Shown: positions 8,994-21,040 of the stretch, piece by piece
Layout of the letters: each line of letters begins with the position of its first letter
How positions within the stretch are numbered: position 1 is the first letter of the stretch
NCBI GenBank assembly: GCA_965214935.1
Contig: CBDCCS010000003.1
Span: 1-64,000, forward strand
Length of the DNA: 64,000 bases
Source of the DNA: Candidatus Velthaea sp.
GTDB taxonomy: Bacteria; Vulcanimicrobiota; Vulcanimicrobiia; Vulcanimicrobiales; Vulcanimicrobiaceae
Reading direction: 5' to 3'
Made by a program: the position numbers and the translations under genes
The notes under the pieces: generated by a model
Told to the model about the DNA's origin: nothing
What the model saw: the letters and a program-made list of their open reading frames with translations, nothing else
Database searches by the model: none

Positions 8994-11228
8994 ATGACGA
9001 CACTCGCCGAACGGCTGCGAGCCGGTGCCGCCGTGCTGCCCGACGCAAGCGCGATCGTGGATGCGCAGACGAACAGATCGCGCGCGGAATTTGCCGATGA
9101 CGCGGCGCGCTTTGCAGCGCTTATCGCACGAACGATACCGGCCGGTCGACCTGTCGCGCTTGCCGATTGCGCCGACGTTGACTTCGCTGCGGCAATCGTC
9201 GGCTGCTTGATCGCCGGCGTCCCCTTCGTTACGCTCGATCCGCACGATCCGCCGCAGTATAACGCAGCGATCAAAAGCGCGACCGGTGCGCAAGTTGTCG
9301 CGGAGCGGCTTGCAGTGCTGCGTCGCCGCAACGACGGTCATGTCCGCTGCAGCGCGCTTGCGGAAGCGCCGAACGTGCAGGCCGAGCGGCCGCGAGTGCT
9401 TACTGCCGTTCCGACCGAGCATGGTTCGATCGGTATTTCGGCGCATGGCTGCAGCGCTCTGCATCGCAGTTTCGACACGCTCGCTACCACACTCGATTTG
9501 CAGCCGAGCGATCGCGTTCTGGGTCTGACGTATGCCGGAGCCTATGCCGGCATTCGCAATCTGCTCGCAGCACAGTTGGCCGGAGCGACGTTCGTCATGC
9601 GCTCCGCACGAACACCGCTCGACGAAATCGTGCGGACGATCGTCTCCGAGCGCATTACGGTCCTGTGCAGTGAGGCACCGATCGTCCGCGCGCTCGCGCA
9701 CTCGCAATACGACCTCACGCGAAGCGCCTTACGTGTCGTCTCCGTCGATGCCGAATCGCTCGCCATGCCGGAGCGCGCGGCGTTCATGGCGATGCTTCCG
9801 GCCCGTTGCGAAATCACCGCCGCGCCGGCTGAATCCGGCGCAGCGAGACCGGGGCCCGACAAACTTGCGGTGCGCGGACGGCAAGTCGAACGCGGCTACC
9901 TCGAAGCCACCCTGCGGCAATGTCCCGGTGTCGCCGACGTCGCGTTTTGCGTTGCCCAAGGCGCTGCTTCGCCACGGCTCATCGCCTTCGTCGTCGTTGC
10001 GGTCGGAACACCGACGCTGACCCGGGCCGAGGTCCGGCGCTGGATGCGCCTGCGGGTGCCGCTCTGGATGATCCCGGGCGACGTGCGCTTTGTCGGCGGT
10101 ATCCCGCGGACAGCCGGCGGGGCGCCGGATCGGCAGCAATTGCTGCGCTGCGCTGCCGGACCGAATCCGCAACGGTATTTTCGCATGCATCGGGTTCCGC
10201 GCCGCGACGACGCCGCACATGCCGCGGTCGCGCTCTGGAGTGCCGTCGTCGGAACGGACGCCTTACTTGCCGACGAGCGCTGGGATGAAGCCGGGGGCGA
10301 CGCTTGGCAATTACGTGAAATCGCGGCGCAACTCGGCGAGCGGTATGCCCGGCACGATTCGCAATTCTTGAGCACCGAGATGCGCCCGAGCGATCTGCTG
10401 ACGCTACTGGATCGCGAGCAGCGCGCCAACGATCGCGAGAATCGCAGGATCGTCGTACTGCTGCCGGGATTGGACGGCGATAACAGCCGCATGGCCGCGT
10501 TTCGTTCGTACTTTGCGCCTGAGAATGACTTCCTCGTTCCGACGTATCCGCAATGGCCCGATATCGTTTCGCGCAACGAATCGTTGGCGCGCATCATCGA
10601 TGCGGTCGTCGCCCAAGTCGTCGCGCAGCTTCACGTGGGGCCGGTAACGCTGATCGGCTATTCATTCGGCGGTCTCATCGCACATGAAGTCGCCGGCCGC
10701 TTGAGCGAGCTCGGTTTTGCAATCCGCCTCGTCGCGATTCTCGATTGCGACATCATGCAAGGCCCGTTGTCACAGGCGGAAGCGACGCTCCATAGCCGCT
10801 CGCGCAGTGCAAATCTCACGCGCGACATCCAAGTCGCCGGCTTCGCTCGTGCCGTCGGGGTGCGCGTTGCGTTCCATTTGGCTCGCTGGTTCAAGCGGTC
10901 GCGCTCTTTACGCCTGCTGGGCGCTCGGCACCGGCGGCGGTTGCCGCTGCCGGCCGAAGTCGCGGTGCCCTTCGACGACTGGATGACTCGCTGGGCACGT
11001 GAAATTGCGGCGCGCAGCTGGAAGCCGCGCCGCCATGCAACGACGACGATCGTTTTTCGCTGCAAGCAGCAGTCGTCGGCGGTCGCTCTGCCCGATCTTG
11101 GCTGGAGCCGCTACACGAACGTCATTGCCGTTAAGGAAGTGGGCGGTTCGCACTTCTCGATGATCTCCGGTGCGCACGCCGGCCGGCTCGCTCGCGCAGT
11201 TCAGCGCGAATTCGTTCCGAGCGACTAG
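8994..11228 (+). CDS. Degenerate NRPS-like A-T-TE protein (adenylation and carrier domains apparently inactive, thioesterase intact)
   Basis: A-domain remnants (FVTLDP, VRGRQVE, WMIP...IPRTAGGAPDR), carrier-like GGDA, TE motifs GYSFGG and GGSHFSM. Start estimated at MTTLAE. Confidence 0.75.
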   Translation: MTTLAERLRAGAAVLPDASAIVDAQTNRSRAEFADDAARFAALIARTIPAGRPVALADCADVDFAAAIVGCLIAGVPFVTLDPHDPPQYNAAIKSATGAQVVAERLAVLRRRNDGHVRCSALAEAPNVQAERPRVLTAVPTEHGSIGISAHGCSALHRSFDTLATTLDLQPSDRVLGLTYAGAYAGIRNLLAAQLAGATFVMRSARTPLDEIVRTIVSERITVLCSEAPIVRALAHSQYDLTRSALRVVSVDAESLAMPERAAFMAMLPARCEITAAPAESGAARPGPDKLAVRGRQVERGYLEATLRQCPGVADVAFCVAQGAASPRLIAFVVVAVGTPTLTRAEVRRWMRLRVPLWMIPGDVRFVGGIPRTAGGAPDRQQLLRCAAGPNPQRYFRMHRVPRRDDAAHAAVALWSAVVGTDALLADERWDEAGGDAWQLREIAAQLGERYARHDSQFLSTEMRPSDLLTLLDREQRANDRENRRIVVLLPGLDGDNSRMAAFRSYFAPENDFLVPTYPQWPDIVSRNESLARIIDAVVAQVVAQLHVGPVTLIGYSFGGLIAHEVAGRLSELGFAIRLVAILDCDIMQGPLSQAEATLHSRSRSANLTRDIQVAGFARAVGVRVAFHLARWFKRSRSLRLLGARHRRRLPLPAEVAVPFDDWMTRWAREIAARSWKPRRHATTTIVFRCKQQSSAVALPDLGWSRYTNVIAVKEVGGSHFSMISGAHAGRLARAVQREFVPSD

Positions 11229-12106
11229 TGCTGGGGCGGCCGGCCGCCGTACCGGCCGACCGCGAAACTACCGGCGCGCACGCCGGCGGCAAGGCAGTCC
11301 CCAACCGGCGCGCCGCTGAGATGAGCGACCAGAAAGCCCGCCGTAAAGGCGTCGCCCGCACCCGTCGTATCGATCGCGGGCTGTGCCGTCGTTGCGCACG
11401 ACGAATACGCAGCGCCGCCATTGCTTCCCGCGGCCGCTCCGCGCGCACCGAGCGTTACCACCGCAAGTGCATACCGTGCGGCGAGCCGTGCACATTGTTC
11501 GCGGACGTCGGCTGAGCCGGTCAACGCGGTCGCTTCGGCCGTGTTGCCGAAACACAGCGCGGCAGACCGCGTCGATTCGAAAAACATCGCCGGGCCGATC
11601 CGGCGTATGACGTCGGCCGACGCAAGATCGACGCTGCACGGCAGACCGCGCTCCGCCGCAGCGTTCAATAGACCGCGCACCGCGGCGCGCGCGCCGGGTT
11701 CGAGGAGCGCGTACCCCGACACGTGAACCAAACGCATTCGCTCGAGCAGTGCGAGCGGTAGGTCGGCTGCGCATAGGTTTGCATTCGCGCCGCGATCGGT
11801 GAGAAACGAGCGTTCTCCCGCGGCGTCGAGCAGCGTCACGATAATGCCGGTGTGTTTCTGTTCGTCCAGCGCAAAAGCAGGTGCGACGCCGGCGCGCCGC
11901 AGCGTCGCGCTATGTTCGGCGTGGCTGTCGCGTCCGACACGTGCAGCCAAAACGACCGCAGCGCCGAGATGCGCGAGCCATGCTGCGACGTTTGCACCCG
12001 AGCCGCCCGGCAGCAGTGCGATGGCGGCCGGCGTATTGCAGCCGCTTTCGACCGCTCCCGCCGGTGCGGCAACGACGTCGAGCATGACGTCTCCGATAAC
12101 GAGCAC
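11225..12106 (-). CDS. PfkB-family carbohydrate kinase, probable pseudouridine kinase
   Basis: GGSGANVA and DTTGAGDAF PfkB signatures; directly downstream of psuG. Start uncertain. Confidence 0.85.
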   Translation of the reverse strand: MLVIGDVMLDVVAAPAGAVESGCNTPAAIALLPGGSGANVAAWLAHLGAAVVLAARVGRDSHAEHSATLRRAGVAPAFALDEQKHTGIIVTLLDAAGERSFLTDRGANANLCAADLPLALLERMRLVHVSGYALLEPGARAAVRGLLNAAAERGLPCSVDLASADVIRRIGPAMFFESTRSAALCFGNTAEATALTGSADVREQCARLAARYALAVVTLGARGAAAGSNGGAAYSSCATTAQPAIDTTGAGDAFTAGFLVAHLSGAPVGDCLAAGVRAGSFAVGRYGGRPPQH

Positions 12107-12125
12107 ATTGCCGGCCGGCGTGCCG

Positions 12126-13046
12126 TCAGCCTTCGATGCGCGCAAGTTCGACGGCGACCTGCGCGGCAAGTTGCGCGTTGTTACGGACCAGTGCAATGTT
12201 CGCCGTTAAACTTGCACCGCCGGTCCGTTCATTAATGGTCGCCAGCAAGAACGGCGTCAGGCGTTTGCCCGAAATACCGGCGGCCTCCGCAGCGGCGACG
12301 GCGTCGGCAATGCGCGCGTCGATCTCCGCGGCAGCTAAGGCCGCATCGCGCGGAATCGGATTGGCAATGAGTATCCCTTGCGGAAAATCAAGCCGCCGCT
12401 GCGTCGCGATGACCGCGGCTAGATCGCGCGGCGTATCGAAACGCTGATCGACGGGCAAGCCGCTCGTACGTGAAAAAAAGGCCGGAAACTCGTCGGTTCC
12501 ATAACCCAGGACCGGGACGCCGCGCGTTTCGAGGTATTCCAGCGTCTTGGCAAGATCGAGGATCGATTTTGCGCCCGCGCAAACGACCGCGACGGGCGTC
12601 GAACCAAGCTCGCTCAAGTCGGCCGAGATATCGAAGGTGGCCGCCGCTCCGCGATGCACGCCGCCGATCCCGCCGGTAGCAAAAACGGCAATGCCGGCCA
12701 TCGCCGCCGCCGTCATCGTTGCGGCGACCGTCGTTCCGCCGGTTTGCTTACGCACGAGCGCGCAAGCCAGATCCCGTCGCGATATCTTCACCGAATCGGG
12801 GTTGCCGGCAAGTGCTTCGAGAGCGGCTTCGTCCAGGCCGACGCAAATGCGTCCGTCGATCACCGCGATCGTCGCCGGGATCGCGCCGTTCGCGCGGACG
12901 ATCGCTTCGACGCCGCGCGCGGTCGCGAGATTTTGCGGATAGGGCATGCCGTGTGTGATAATGGTTGATTCGAGCGCGACGACGGCGGTTCGCGCGGCAA
13001 GCGCGGCAGCGACGCGCGGCTCGATGTCGATCGGTTGAGATTGCAC
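12126..13046 (-). CDS. psuG: Pseudouridine-5'-phosphate glycosidase
   Basis: ALESTIITHGMPYPQN, KISRRD, TGGIGGVHRG, DISADL and GAKSILD motifs. Start estimated at GTG 13046. Confidence 0.95.
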   Translation of the reverse strand: MQSQPIDIEPRVAAALAARTAVVALESTIITHGMPYPQNLATARGVEAIVRANGAIPATIAVIDGRICVGLDEAALEALAGNPDSVKISRRDLACALVRKQTGGTTVAATMTAAAMAGIAVFATGGIGGVHRGAAATFDISADLSELGSTPVAVVCAGAKSILDLAKTLEYLETRGVPVLGYGTDEFPAFFSRTSGLPVDQRFDTPRDLAAVIATQRRLDFPQGILIANPIPRDAALAAAEIDARIADAVAAAEAAGISGKRLTPFLLATINERTGGASLTANIALVRNNAQLAAQVAVELARIEG

Positions 13047-13187
13047 TGCGATGGCGGTATTCGCTCCAATGCGGCCGGCAGATGGCTGAAGTCGTGCCGG
13101 TAAAAGATGGCCGCTAAGATCGGTGGTACGCAACGCTTCGCGCAAGCTGTAGCAATCGCCGCGCGGTGTCCGATCAGCGCCGCGAAT

Positions 13188-13927
13188 TCAAACCAAGGCG
13201 ACCGTTGCGAGTGCGTCGAGCGTCGTCTGACGAAGTCGTTCGAGCCTGCCGCGCAGCGACCACACGTCGGTCGCGAGAACGCGGGCAAAAACGCCGTCGC
13301 GCAACTCTCCGATACCCAAACGCATCGCCGGCCGGTCGTCGCCGATACGATCGAGTGCAGCGATGCATGCCGTTATTTCGCGCTTGTTCAGACCGGCCGC
13401 CGTGAAGGTACCGACGTTGAGCGGCGCTGCATCGGCCGCCGCAATCGCGTCGTAGAAGATTTCGCGCGCGTTTTGCCGGATGCTCGTGCGCAAAACGACA
13501 CGTGCACCGGCCGGTACGCATGCGATTTCACTGAGTATTACGCGTGCGCCGGGACCGAGATCGATCGTGAGGCCGGCGACATACGCTGCGCCGGCATCGG
13601 CGATCAGCGGCTCGCCGATGATCTCGAGCAAGGCGCCGGCATCGACGCGCCAGCGTGCAATCGCGGCGGCTTGCGACGGACCGCCCAGAACGCGCGTCGC
13701 GCTTTGGCTCGTGACGATGAGGTGAGCGTCGCGCTGCACGTGCCCGTCGAGCACGATGCTATCTCCGCGAACGACGCCGGGTCCTAATTGCGAAAGTACG
13801 ATGAGCGCAGCATCGCCCAAGCGGAACGCGCGGCTGCAGCGCGAGATACCGTCATAGCGCACGCGATCCAACACCGTTCGGGTGCCGCTGCGGCGGGCGG
13901 CGATTGCAAGCGAACCGGAACCCGGAT

Positions 13928-13931
<4 letters not shown>
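13188..13931 (-). CDS. ureD: Urease accessory protein UreD
   Basis: PGVVRGD and TSQSATRV resemble UreD; last gene of the urease operon, overlapping the ureG stop. Confidence 0.8.
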
Positions 13932-14536
<605 letters not shown>

Positions 14537-14593
14537 CGTGCGCGGTCGCTTAAATGTCGCAATACTACTCCTCGTTGCGTTCGTACGAGCATG

Positions 14594-15268
14594 TCAGGAT
14601 GCGAATAGGCGGGCTGCTAAACGCCGGTGTTGCAAGCCGTCGATCTCGCAGGCGACGGCGCTCGAACGCAGATCGTCAAGCTCGCGAGCAGCGGATGCGC
14701 GCTGGACGAACGACGCAATCGCCGGTCGCAGATTCCAGCGGACGCGCGCGACTTCACGTTGCCCGAGCGGGACCGCGCGGGCGGCGACCGACGCACACGC
14801 CGTTACGATCGTCGTTGCATGTGCCTGCAGGGTGACGGTGACGGGCGCGCCGATCGCGCGATAGCCGAGCGCTGCGGCTAAGCTGTGAATGCCGGCGCAT
14901 CGGGCGCTCTCGATCGCTGCCCGATAGCCGGCCACCGATTCATCCGCGATGCCCATTGCAACGTATGTGTCGAGCGTTGCCCGCGCGAGATGCGCGTTCG
15001 CCCGGCGGATTTCAGCGTTGGGTTGCGCGGCGTCGACACGCCGGTCGAGTGCGTCAAGGGTCGCATTGCCGCGTAGCAGCAAGACCATCGCCGCGCCGTC
15101 GAGCGTCGCAGCAGCGTCGGTGAGATAGCGCTCGATCCAAGCGCTCAACGTTGCGCCGTCGTGCACGCCGCCGCCGACGATTGCCGTCTCCAAGCCGAAG
15201 GAGTGACTGAAACCGCCCGCGGGAAACGCTGCATCCGCCAATTGCAAGAGCGCCGGCAAGTCAGTCAT
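14594..15268 (-). CDS. ureF: Urease accessory protein UreF
   Basis: LQLADAAFPAGGFSHSFGLE, RAVPLGQ and C-terminal RLFAS. Confidence 0.95.
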   Translation of the reverse strand: MTDLPALLQLADAAFPAGGFSHSFGLETAIVGGGVHDGATLSAWIERYLTDAAATLDGAAMVLLLRGNATLDALDRRVDAAQPNAEIRRANAHLARATLDTYVAMGIADESVAGYRAAIESARCAGIHSLAAALGYRAIGAPVTVTLQAHATTIVTACASVAARAVPLGQREVARVRWNLRPAIASFVQRASAARELDDLRSSAVACEIDGLQHRRLAARLFAS

Positions 15269-15716
15269 GCCGATGCGGCGCGTGCGCGTGGCGAAACGGC
15301 TCGCTCACGGTGCGCGCCGTCCGCTCGACCGGCACGCCGTGTTCGGCACCGAGCGCTTCGAGTAACGGATCGTAACGCACGACGATCGTCTCGCCGTCGA
15401 CTTGAATCGGCAGGTGCCGGTTTCCCAGCGCATGCGCGATCGCAATCGCCGACGCTACGTTCGAGGGCCGAAAAACGAGGACGTCGTCGGCAGTAACACC
15501 GACGGCGATGACGCGCTCGTCGTCCGCATGGATGACGTCGCCGTCGCGCAGACGTTCGCTTCCCGCGAAGCGGATTCCGATCTCGCCGACGGTGGTTTCC
15601 AAACGCAGGATGCGCTTCGCGAGGTCGTCGGAGCGCACGGCAAGCCGTTCGAGCGACCTTGCGCCGACGGGATAGACGTCGAGATTACCGAGCGCCGCCG
15701 TCCGTACGAGCATCAA
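15261..15716 (-). CDS. ureE: Urease nickel chaperone UreE
   Basis: [16 protein letters not shown] and a His-rich tail HAHAPHRHD. Confidence 0.95.
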   Translation of the reverse strand: MMLVRTAALGNLDVYPVGARSLERLAVRSDDLAKRILRLETTVGEIGIRFAGSERLRDGDVIHADDERVIAVGVTADDVLVFRPSNVASAIAIAHALGNRHLPIQVDGETIVVRYDPLLEALGAEHGVPVERTARTVSEPFRHAHAPHRHD

Positions 15717-17425
15717 AAAAGCGCGTAGCGCTGCGCCAGCGGTAGCGATGTTGCGGGTTCGCAGGTCAACAGTTCGCCGTCGGCTCGCACTTCGTAGGTG
15801 CGCGCGTCGACGGTAATGTGCGGCGTTGCAGCGTTGCGTACCATGTCGCGTTTGCCGATCGTGCGGCAGCCGCGCACGGCGACGTACCGTCGCCCGGCAG
15901 CCGATGACACCGGAAAACCGCTATCGAGTGCAAGCTGCGAAACGAAGGTCACGCCGCCGGCTTGCGGAGCCGTGCCGTACGCGCCCCACATCGGCCGCAT
16001 GCGGACCGGCTGCGGCGTCGGAATCGAAGCAGCCGGGTCGCCCATCGCCGCCCATGCAATCGTCCCGCCTTTAATGACGAGCTCGGGCCGGAAACCGAAA
16101 AATGCGGGCTGCCATACGACGAGGTCGGCAAGCTTGCCGACACTGACCGAACCGATTTCGTGCGCCATGCCATGCGCGATTGCCGGGTTGATGGTATATT
16201 TCGCGACGTAACGCTTCACGCGTTCGTTGTCGGAACCGTCGCGTTCGCCCTCAAGCGGTCCGCGCACTTCGCGCATTTTATGCGCCGTCTGCCACGTGCG
16301 CATGATGACTTCGCCGACGCGGCCCATCGCTTGCGAATCCGAACTGATGATGCTGAGCGCACCGAGGTCGTGCAAGATATCCTCGGCGGCAATCGTTTCA
16401 CCGCGAATACGCGAATCGGCGAAGGCGACGTCCTCGGGTATGGCTGGATCGAGATGGTGACACACCATGAGCATATCGAGGTGCTCGGCGAGCGTATTGA
16501 CCGTGTACGGCCGCGTCGGATTGGTCGATGACGGCAACACGTACGCTTCACCCGCGACCCGAATGATGTCGGGCGCGTGGCCGCCGCCTGCGCCTTCGGT
16601 GTGATAGGTATGAATCGTCCGGCCGGCGATCGCGCGCAGCGTCTCTTCGACGAAACCCATCTCGTTGAGGGTGTCGGTATGAATGGCGACTTGTACGTCG
16701 CATTGATCGGCGACGCGTAGGGCCGTATCGATGGCGACGGGGGTCGTTCCCCAATCTTCGTGCAGCTTGAGACCCATTGCGCCGGCGGCGATTTGTTCGC
16801 GCAGTGCCGCTTCGCTCGACGCATTGCCTTTGCCGAGGAAACCAACGTTTACCGGCAGCCCGTCCGTTGCGGCAAACATGCGCCCGAGGTGCCAAGCACC
16901 CGGCGTGCACGTCGTCGCGTTCGTTCCCGACGCCGGTCCCGTTCCGCCGCCGAACAGTGTCGTGACGCCGCTGGAAATGGCCGCATCGACTTGCTGCGGG
17001 CAAATAAAGTGCACGTGCGCATCGATCGCACCGGCGGTGACGATCAGCCCCTCACCCGCGATGACTTCGGTCGACGCCCCGACCGTCATTGCGGCGTCCA
17101 CTCCATCTTGCAGCCACGGATTGCCGGCCTTCCCGATGCCGGCGATGCGCCCGTCGCGTAGACCGATGTCGGCTTTGTAAACGCCGCTCGCATCGATGAC
17201 TACGGCGTTGGTGATGACGGTGTCGAGCACGCCTTCCGCGCGGGTAGCCGTCGGATGCTGACCCATGCCGTCGCGAATCACCTTGCCGCCGCCGAACGTA
17301 ATCTCGTCGCCGTACGTCGCGAAATCATGTTCGATCTCAACGATGAGATTGGTGTCGGCAAGACGCATCCGGTCGCCGGTCGTCGGTCCGTACAATCGCG
17401 CGTAGGCGCTACGCTCGATTTTCAA
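15713..17425 (-). CDS. ureC: Urease subunit alpha
   Basis: [31 protein letters not shown] and [12 protein letters not shown] motifs. Confidence 0.99.
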   Translation of the reverse strand: MKIERSAYARLYGPTTGDRMRLADTNLIVEIEHDFATYGDEITFGGGKVIRDGMGQHPTATRAEGVLDTVITNAVVIDASGVYKADIGLRDGRIAGIGKAGNPWLQDGVDAAMTVGASTEVIAGEGLIVTAGAIDAHVHFICPQQVDAAISSGVTTLFGGGTGPASGTNATTCTPGAWHLGRMFAATDGLPVNVGFLGKGNASSEAALREQIAAGAMGLKLHEDWGTTPVAIDTALRVADQCDVQVAIHTDTLNEMGFVEETLRAIAGRTIHTYHTEGAGGGHAPDIIRVAGEAYVLPSSTNPTRPYTVNTLAEHLDMLMVCHHLDPAIPEDVAFADSRIRGETIAAEDILHDLGALSIISSDSQAMGRVGEVIMRTWQTAHKMREVRGPLEGERDGSDNERVKRYVAKYTINPAIAHGMAHEIGSVSVGKLADLVVWQPAFFGFRPELVIKGGTIAWAAMGDPAASIPTPQPVRMRPMWGAYGTAPQAGGVTFVSQLALDSGFPVSSAAGRRYVAVRGCRTIGKRDMVRNAATPHITVDARTYEVRADGELLTCEPATSLPLAQRYALF

Positions 17426-17721
17426 CGGCGGGCAAGTCCGCGCAAGCCGGCGATCCGCGCTTCGCCGCCGACCGCTACGAGGTCGACCGGCCGCTCGAAG
17501 CCCGGCTCAAAGCGTACGGCCGTTCCGGCGGGGATGTCCAAGCACATTCCGTGGGCTGCCTCACGGTCGAATGCCAGCGCATCGTTCACTTCAAAGAAAT
17601 GGGCGTGCGAGCCGACCTGAATCGGCCGATCGCCGGTATTCGCGACGCGCACGGTGCAACGCCGGCGTCCGGCGCGCAGTTCAATGCTGCCCGGTGCGGC
17701 CAAAATCTCACCCGGAGTCAT
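17422..17721 (-). CDS. ureB: Urease subunit beta
   Basis: [25 protein letters not shown] and [13 protein letters not shown]. Confidence 0.97.
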   Translation of the reverse strand: MTPGEILAAPGSIELRAGRRRCTVRVANTGDRPIQVGSHAHFFEVNDALAFDREAAHGMCLDIPAGTAVRFEPGFERPVDLVAVGGEARIAGLRGLARR

Positions 17722-18020
17722 GGGATCGGTTCGTGGATGGTAACGAGTTTGGTGCCGTCCGGAAACGTGGCTTCCACTTGAACCTCCGCGAGCATCTCGG
17801 GAATGCCGTCCATGACGTCGCCGCGGCCGAGAACGGTGCGTCCACGTTCCATCAGATCGGCAACCGTCACGCCGTCGCGCGCGCCTTCGAGGACGAACGA
17901 CGATAAGATCGCAATCGCTTCGGGATAGTTGAGCTTGACACCGCGCGCGCGGCGCCGCCACGCAAGCTCCGCAGCATAACTGAGCAGCAGCTTATCGCGT
18001 TCGACGTCGGTCAGGCGCAT
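17718..18020 (-). CDS. ureA: Urease subunit gamma
   Basis: [19 protein letters not shown] and [19 protein letters not shown]. Confidence 0.97.
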   Translation of the reverse strand: MRLTDVERDKLLLSYAAELAWRRRARGVKLNYPEAIAILSSFVLEGARDGVTVADLMERGRTVLGRGDVMDGIPEMLAEVQVEATFPDGTKLVTIHEPIP

Positions 18021-18184
18021 CGCAAGCAGTCCAAGCTCCCATCGTTGCAAAATCGCAGCCGCCGGACCTGCTGCGCCGCAATCGGCGCAACCTTCGAACG
18101 TGCGGCGCGCCGCAGCCGACAAAGGTTGTCTTTTTGCGCGCAGAAGGTTGCCGCTATGTTCACGACGGACGCAGCGCGCCGCTA

Positions 18185-19837
18185 ATGAGCGGCAATCGGC
18201 GCGCTAGTCGCCGCCGTCGCGCGCGTGCAAATCCGCGCACCACAACGCGGCCGGTTGCACCGGTCGTCAACTCCGTTACCATTGCGCAAACGCCGCACAT
18301 CTCGCAATCGCCCAAGCAAGTGTTGCAAACACTGCTCGGTTGCGACGATCGTGCCGCCGCGTATGCGGCCGCGATCGGTGCGGCGCTCGTCCTGTTCGTC
18401 GGCATACCGCTGTCGGCAGCGATCAATATCTGGATCGACGAAGCGTTTACGCTGCATTCCACCGGAGCGGGCATCGGCTATGCGTTAAACCAAGCCGGCG
18501 TCTTCGAAGCGCAGCCGCCGCTATACTTTCTTATCGAAGCCGCCTGGCGAACGTTGAACGAATCATCGATCGCCTTTGCGCGCGTGCCTTCGATCGTGTT
18601 TGCCGCGGCCGCCGTCGCCGCGATCGTCGGCGCCGCGCACCGTTTGCTGCCCCGCATATCACCGCTGGCCGTTGCACTCATCACGGCCGGCAATCAACTA
18701 ACCATCTGGGCGGCGACCGAGATGCGCGTGTACGCGCTCGTGTTTTTGATCGGCACGCTGCTGGTCTGGACGTTCTGCGAAAGCTTCTTTGCGGACCGGC
18801 CGAACCGATTCGCACTGGGGTGCTATGTCGTCGTTGCGATCCTCGGTTTGTACACGCAATATTACGTCGGCTTCATGCTCGTTTCGCAGGGTGTAACGGT
18901 GCTGCTCTTCGGCCGGCGCGCGCTGCTCCGGTTTTGCGTATCGATGATCGTCGTCGGTCTGGCATTCGTCCCGTTCGTTCAAACCGTTATTTTCCAGGTC
19001 CGGTCCAGCGGTGGTTTCGTTGCGCATCAATCACTTTTGCATGCGGTGCATGAGATTCTCAACGATGTGTTCGCCTACGTACTGCCGCACGAGATCGATT
19101 GGTCGGGACCGGCGAAATACATCGGTTTTTTATTAGCGGCTGCCGTCCTTATCGCGTTGCTCGTTGACGGCCGGCCCGTCATCCGAACGGCGTCTCAGCG
19201 CGCCGTGCTGTTGCAGCTCGGCGTGTGCTTAGGCATTTTTGCGGTCGTTTTTTATGCCGCGGGGATGCCGGCGCTCGTCGGCCGTCATATGATCGTCGTT
19301 GCACCGTCGTGTTTGCTTGCGGCCTGCATCGTCGTGTCGTCGTTGACGCGGCGGCGGCGGCTGCTGTCCGTCATTGCCGTCGCAACCTTCGCGATCTTTA
19401 GCGGGGCGATGTTCGCCGTGCAATACCGTCCGCCGCTTGCCAAAGCCGGCGATTGGCGCCGGGTCGCGCAGGCGGTTTCGACCGCGGATGACACGCCGGT
19501 TGCAGTCTTTCCGCCGGAGATCGGCTTGCCGCTCGAAACGTACACGGCGCATTCGCTCGTATCGATTCCGCGACCGTTAGCATTTCGCGCCGACTACGTG
19601 CAAGCTTCGACCCTACGAGGCGAGTCGGACGTCGCTCGCGTTCTCGATCCGATCCGGGCGCACACCGCCGGCTTATGGGTGGTTACGGATGGGCCTTGCA
19701 TTGCCGCCAAGCTCGACGTCTATGACTACCATTGCGCGTATCTTGAAAGCTACTTAAATCATTGGTATCGCCCCGAGCAAGTTATTCCGTTTCGCGGTGC
19801 GCTCGTACGCCGCTACGTTCGGATCGCGTCCGGTTGA
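18185..19837 (+). CDS. GT-C fold polytopic membrane glycosyltransferase (PMT/ArnT-like)
   Basis: WIDEAFT, QPPLYF, ARVPS and EMRVYAL motifs plus many TM helices. Start estimated. Confidence 0.8.
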   Translation: MSGNRRASRRRRARANPRTTTRPVAPVVNSVTIAQTPHISQSPKQVLQTLLGCDDRAAAYAAAIGAALVLFVGIPLSAAINIWIDEAFTLHSTGAGIGYALNQAGVFEAQPPLYFLIEAAWRTLNESSIAFARVPSIVFAAAAVAAIVGAAHRLLPRISPLAVALITAGNQLTIWAATEMRVYALVFLIGTLLVWTFCESFFADRPNRFALGCYVVVAILGLYTQYYVGFMLVSQGVTVLLFGRRALLRFCVSMIVVGLAFVPFVQTVIFQVRSSGGFVAHQSLLHAVHEILNDVFAYVLPHEIDWSGPAKYIGFLLAAAVLIALLVDGRPVIRTASQRAVLLQLGVCLGIFAVVFYAAGMPALVGRHMIVVAPSCLLAACIVVSSLTRRRRLLSVIAVATFAIFSGAMFAVQYRPPLAKAGDWRRVAQAVSTADDTPVAVFPPEIGLPLETYTAHSLVSIPRPLAFRADYVQASTLRGESDVARVLDPIRAHTAGLWVVTDGPCIAAKLDVYDYHCAYLESYLNHWYRPEQVIPFRGALVRRYVRIASG

Positions 19838-19866
19838 GGCGGCTTCATCGCAAACACGCCCGGTTG

Positions 19867-21021
19867 ATGCCGGCGAATCGCCGAGCCATCTTTGCTGCGT
19901 TGCTGGCAGCTTGCCTCGTGGCGCTAGCGTCTCGGGCGGCAGCCGGTGAGAACGAGGTGCGGACGGTCGTTGCTCGCGCCGTTCGCCCGGTCATGAAGCA
20001 GTACGGCATCCCAGGGATGGCAGTCGGAGTAACGCTGCGGGGCCGCCATTTTGTCTTCACCTACGGCGTCGCATCGAAAGCGACCGGGAAGCCGGTCGAC
20101 GATGCGACGCTTTTCGAGATCGGTTCGATTACGAAGACGTTTACGGCGAGCCTTGTCGCGTACGCGCAGCTCAGCGGCAAGCTCGCATTGTCCGACCGAG
20201 TCGGTGCGGACGTTCCGGCTTTGCGCACGGCGAGTGCCGGCCGCGTCCGTCTCGTCAATCTGGGCACGCACACGGCGGGGAATTTCCCGTTGCAGTTTCC
20301 GGACGACGTTAAAAACGACGACGATGCGCTCACGTACTACGGGCGCTGGAAGCCGTCGCACCCGGCCGGCACGTACCGGCTTTACTCGAACCCCGGCGTC
20401 ATGCTGCTTGGGCTCAGCGCTGCCGAAACGATGCACGCCAAGTTTGCTACGCTCATGCAGCGCGAAGTGTTCGCACCCCTCGGGCTACACAACACGTTTC
20501 TAGCGGTTCCCGGCGATCGGTTCTCGAGCTACGCGCAGGGCTATACCGATGCTGATGAACCGCGGCGGTTGTCTCCCGGACCGCTTGCGGCCGAAGCGTA
20601 CGGCATCCGGACGACGGCGCCCGATATGCTGCGCTTCATCGACGCCAACATGAATCTTGTTGAGCTCGACGCGACGCTTCGTCGCGCGATCGTCGAGACG
20701 CATTCCGGGTTTTATCAACTGGGTGCAATGACGCAAGATTTGATCTGGGAGCAGTACGGCTACCCGGTTTCGTTGGCCGTACTATTACGAGGGAATTCGG
20801 ATGACATCGTGTTCGAAGAGCATCCGGTTCGGACGATCGATCCACCGTCCGGCCCCCGGAGCGGCGTGTGGATAAACAAGACCGGCTCGACGAGCGGTTT
20901 TGCCGCGTATGTCGCGTTCGTCCCGCGACAAACGATCGGCATTGTTTTGCTTGCAAACAAGGCGTATCCGATCGAGGCGCGAGTTACTGCTGCGTATCGA
21001 ATCGTCAAGGGTCTTCGCTGA
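19867..21021 (+). CDS. ampC: Class C beta-lactamase
   Basis: Signal peptide; FEIGSITK (SxxK), YSN, AEAYG, QDLIWEQY and NKTGST motifs. Confidence 0.9.
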   Translation: MPANRRAIFAALLAACLVALASRAAAGENEVRTVVARAVRPVMKQYGIPGMAVGVTLRGRHFVFTYGVASKATGKPVDDATLFEIGSITKTFTASLVAYAQLSGKLALSDRVGADVPALRTASAGRVRLVNLGTHTAGNFPLQFPDDVKNDDDALTYYGRWKPSHPAGTYRLYSNPGVMLLGLSAAETMHAKFATLMQREVFAPLGLHNTFLAVPGDRFSSYAQGYTDADEPRRLSPGPLAAEAYGIRTTAPDMLRFIDANMNLVELDATLRRAIVETHSGFYQLGAMTQDLIWEQYGYPVSLAVLLRGNSDDIVFEEHPVRTIDPPSGPRSGVWINKTGSTSGFAAYVAFVPRQTIGIVLLANKAYPIEARVTAAYRIVKGLR

Positions 21022-21040
21022 CACGCCGGTTCGCCGCCGT

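Noticed and set aside
8808..9707. 300-aa N-terminal extension of the PhyH ORF
   Set aside because: It is the antisense shadow of the NRPS-like gene; PhyH similarity begins only near 8807.
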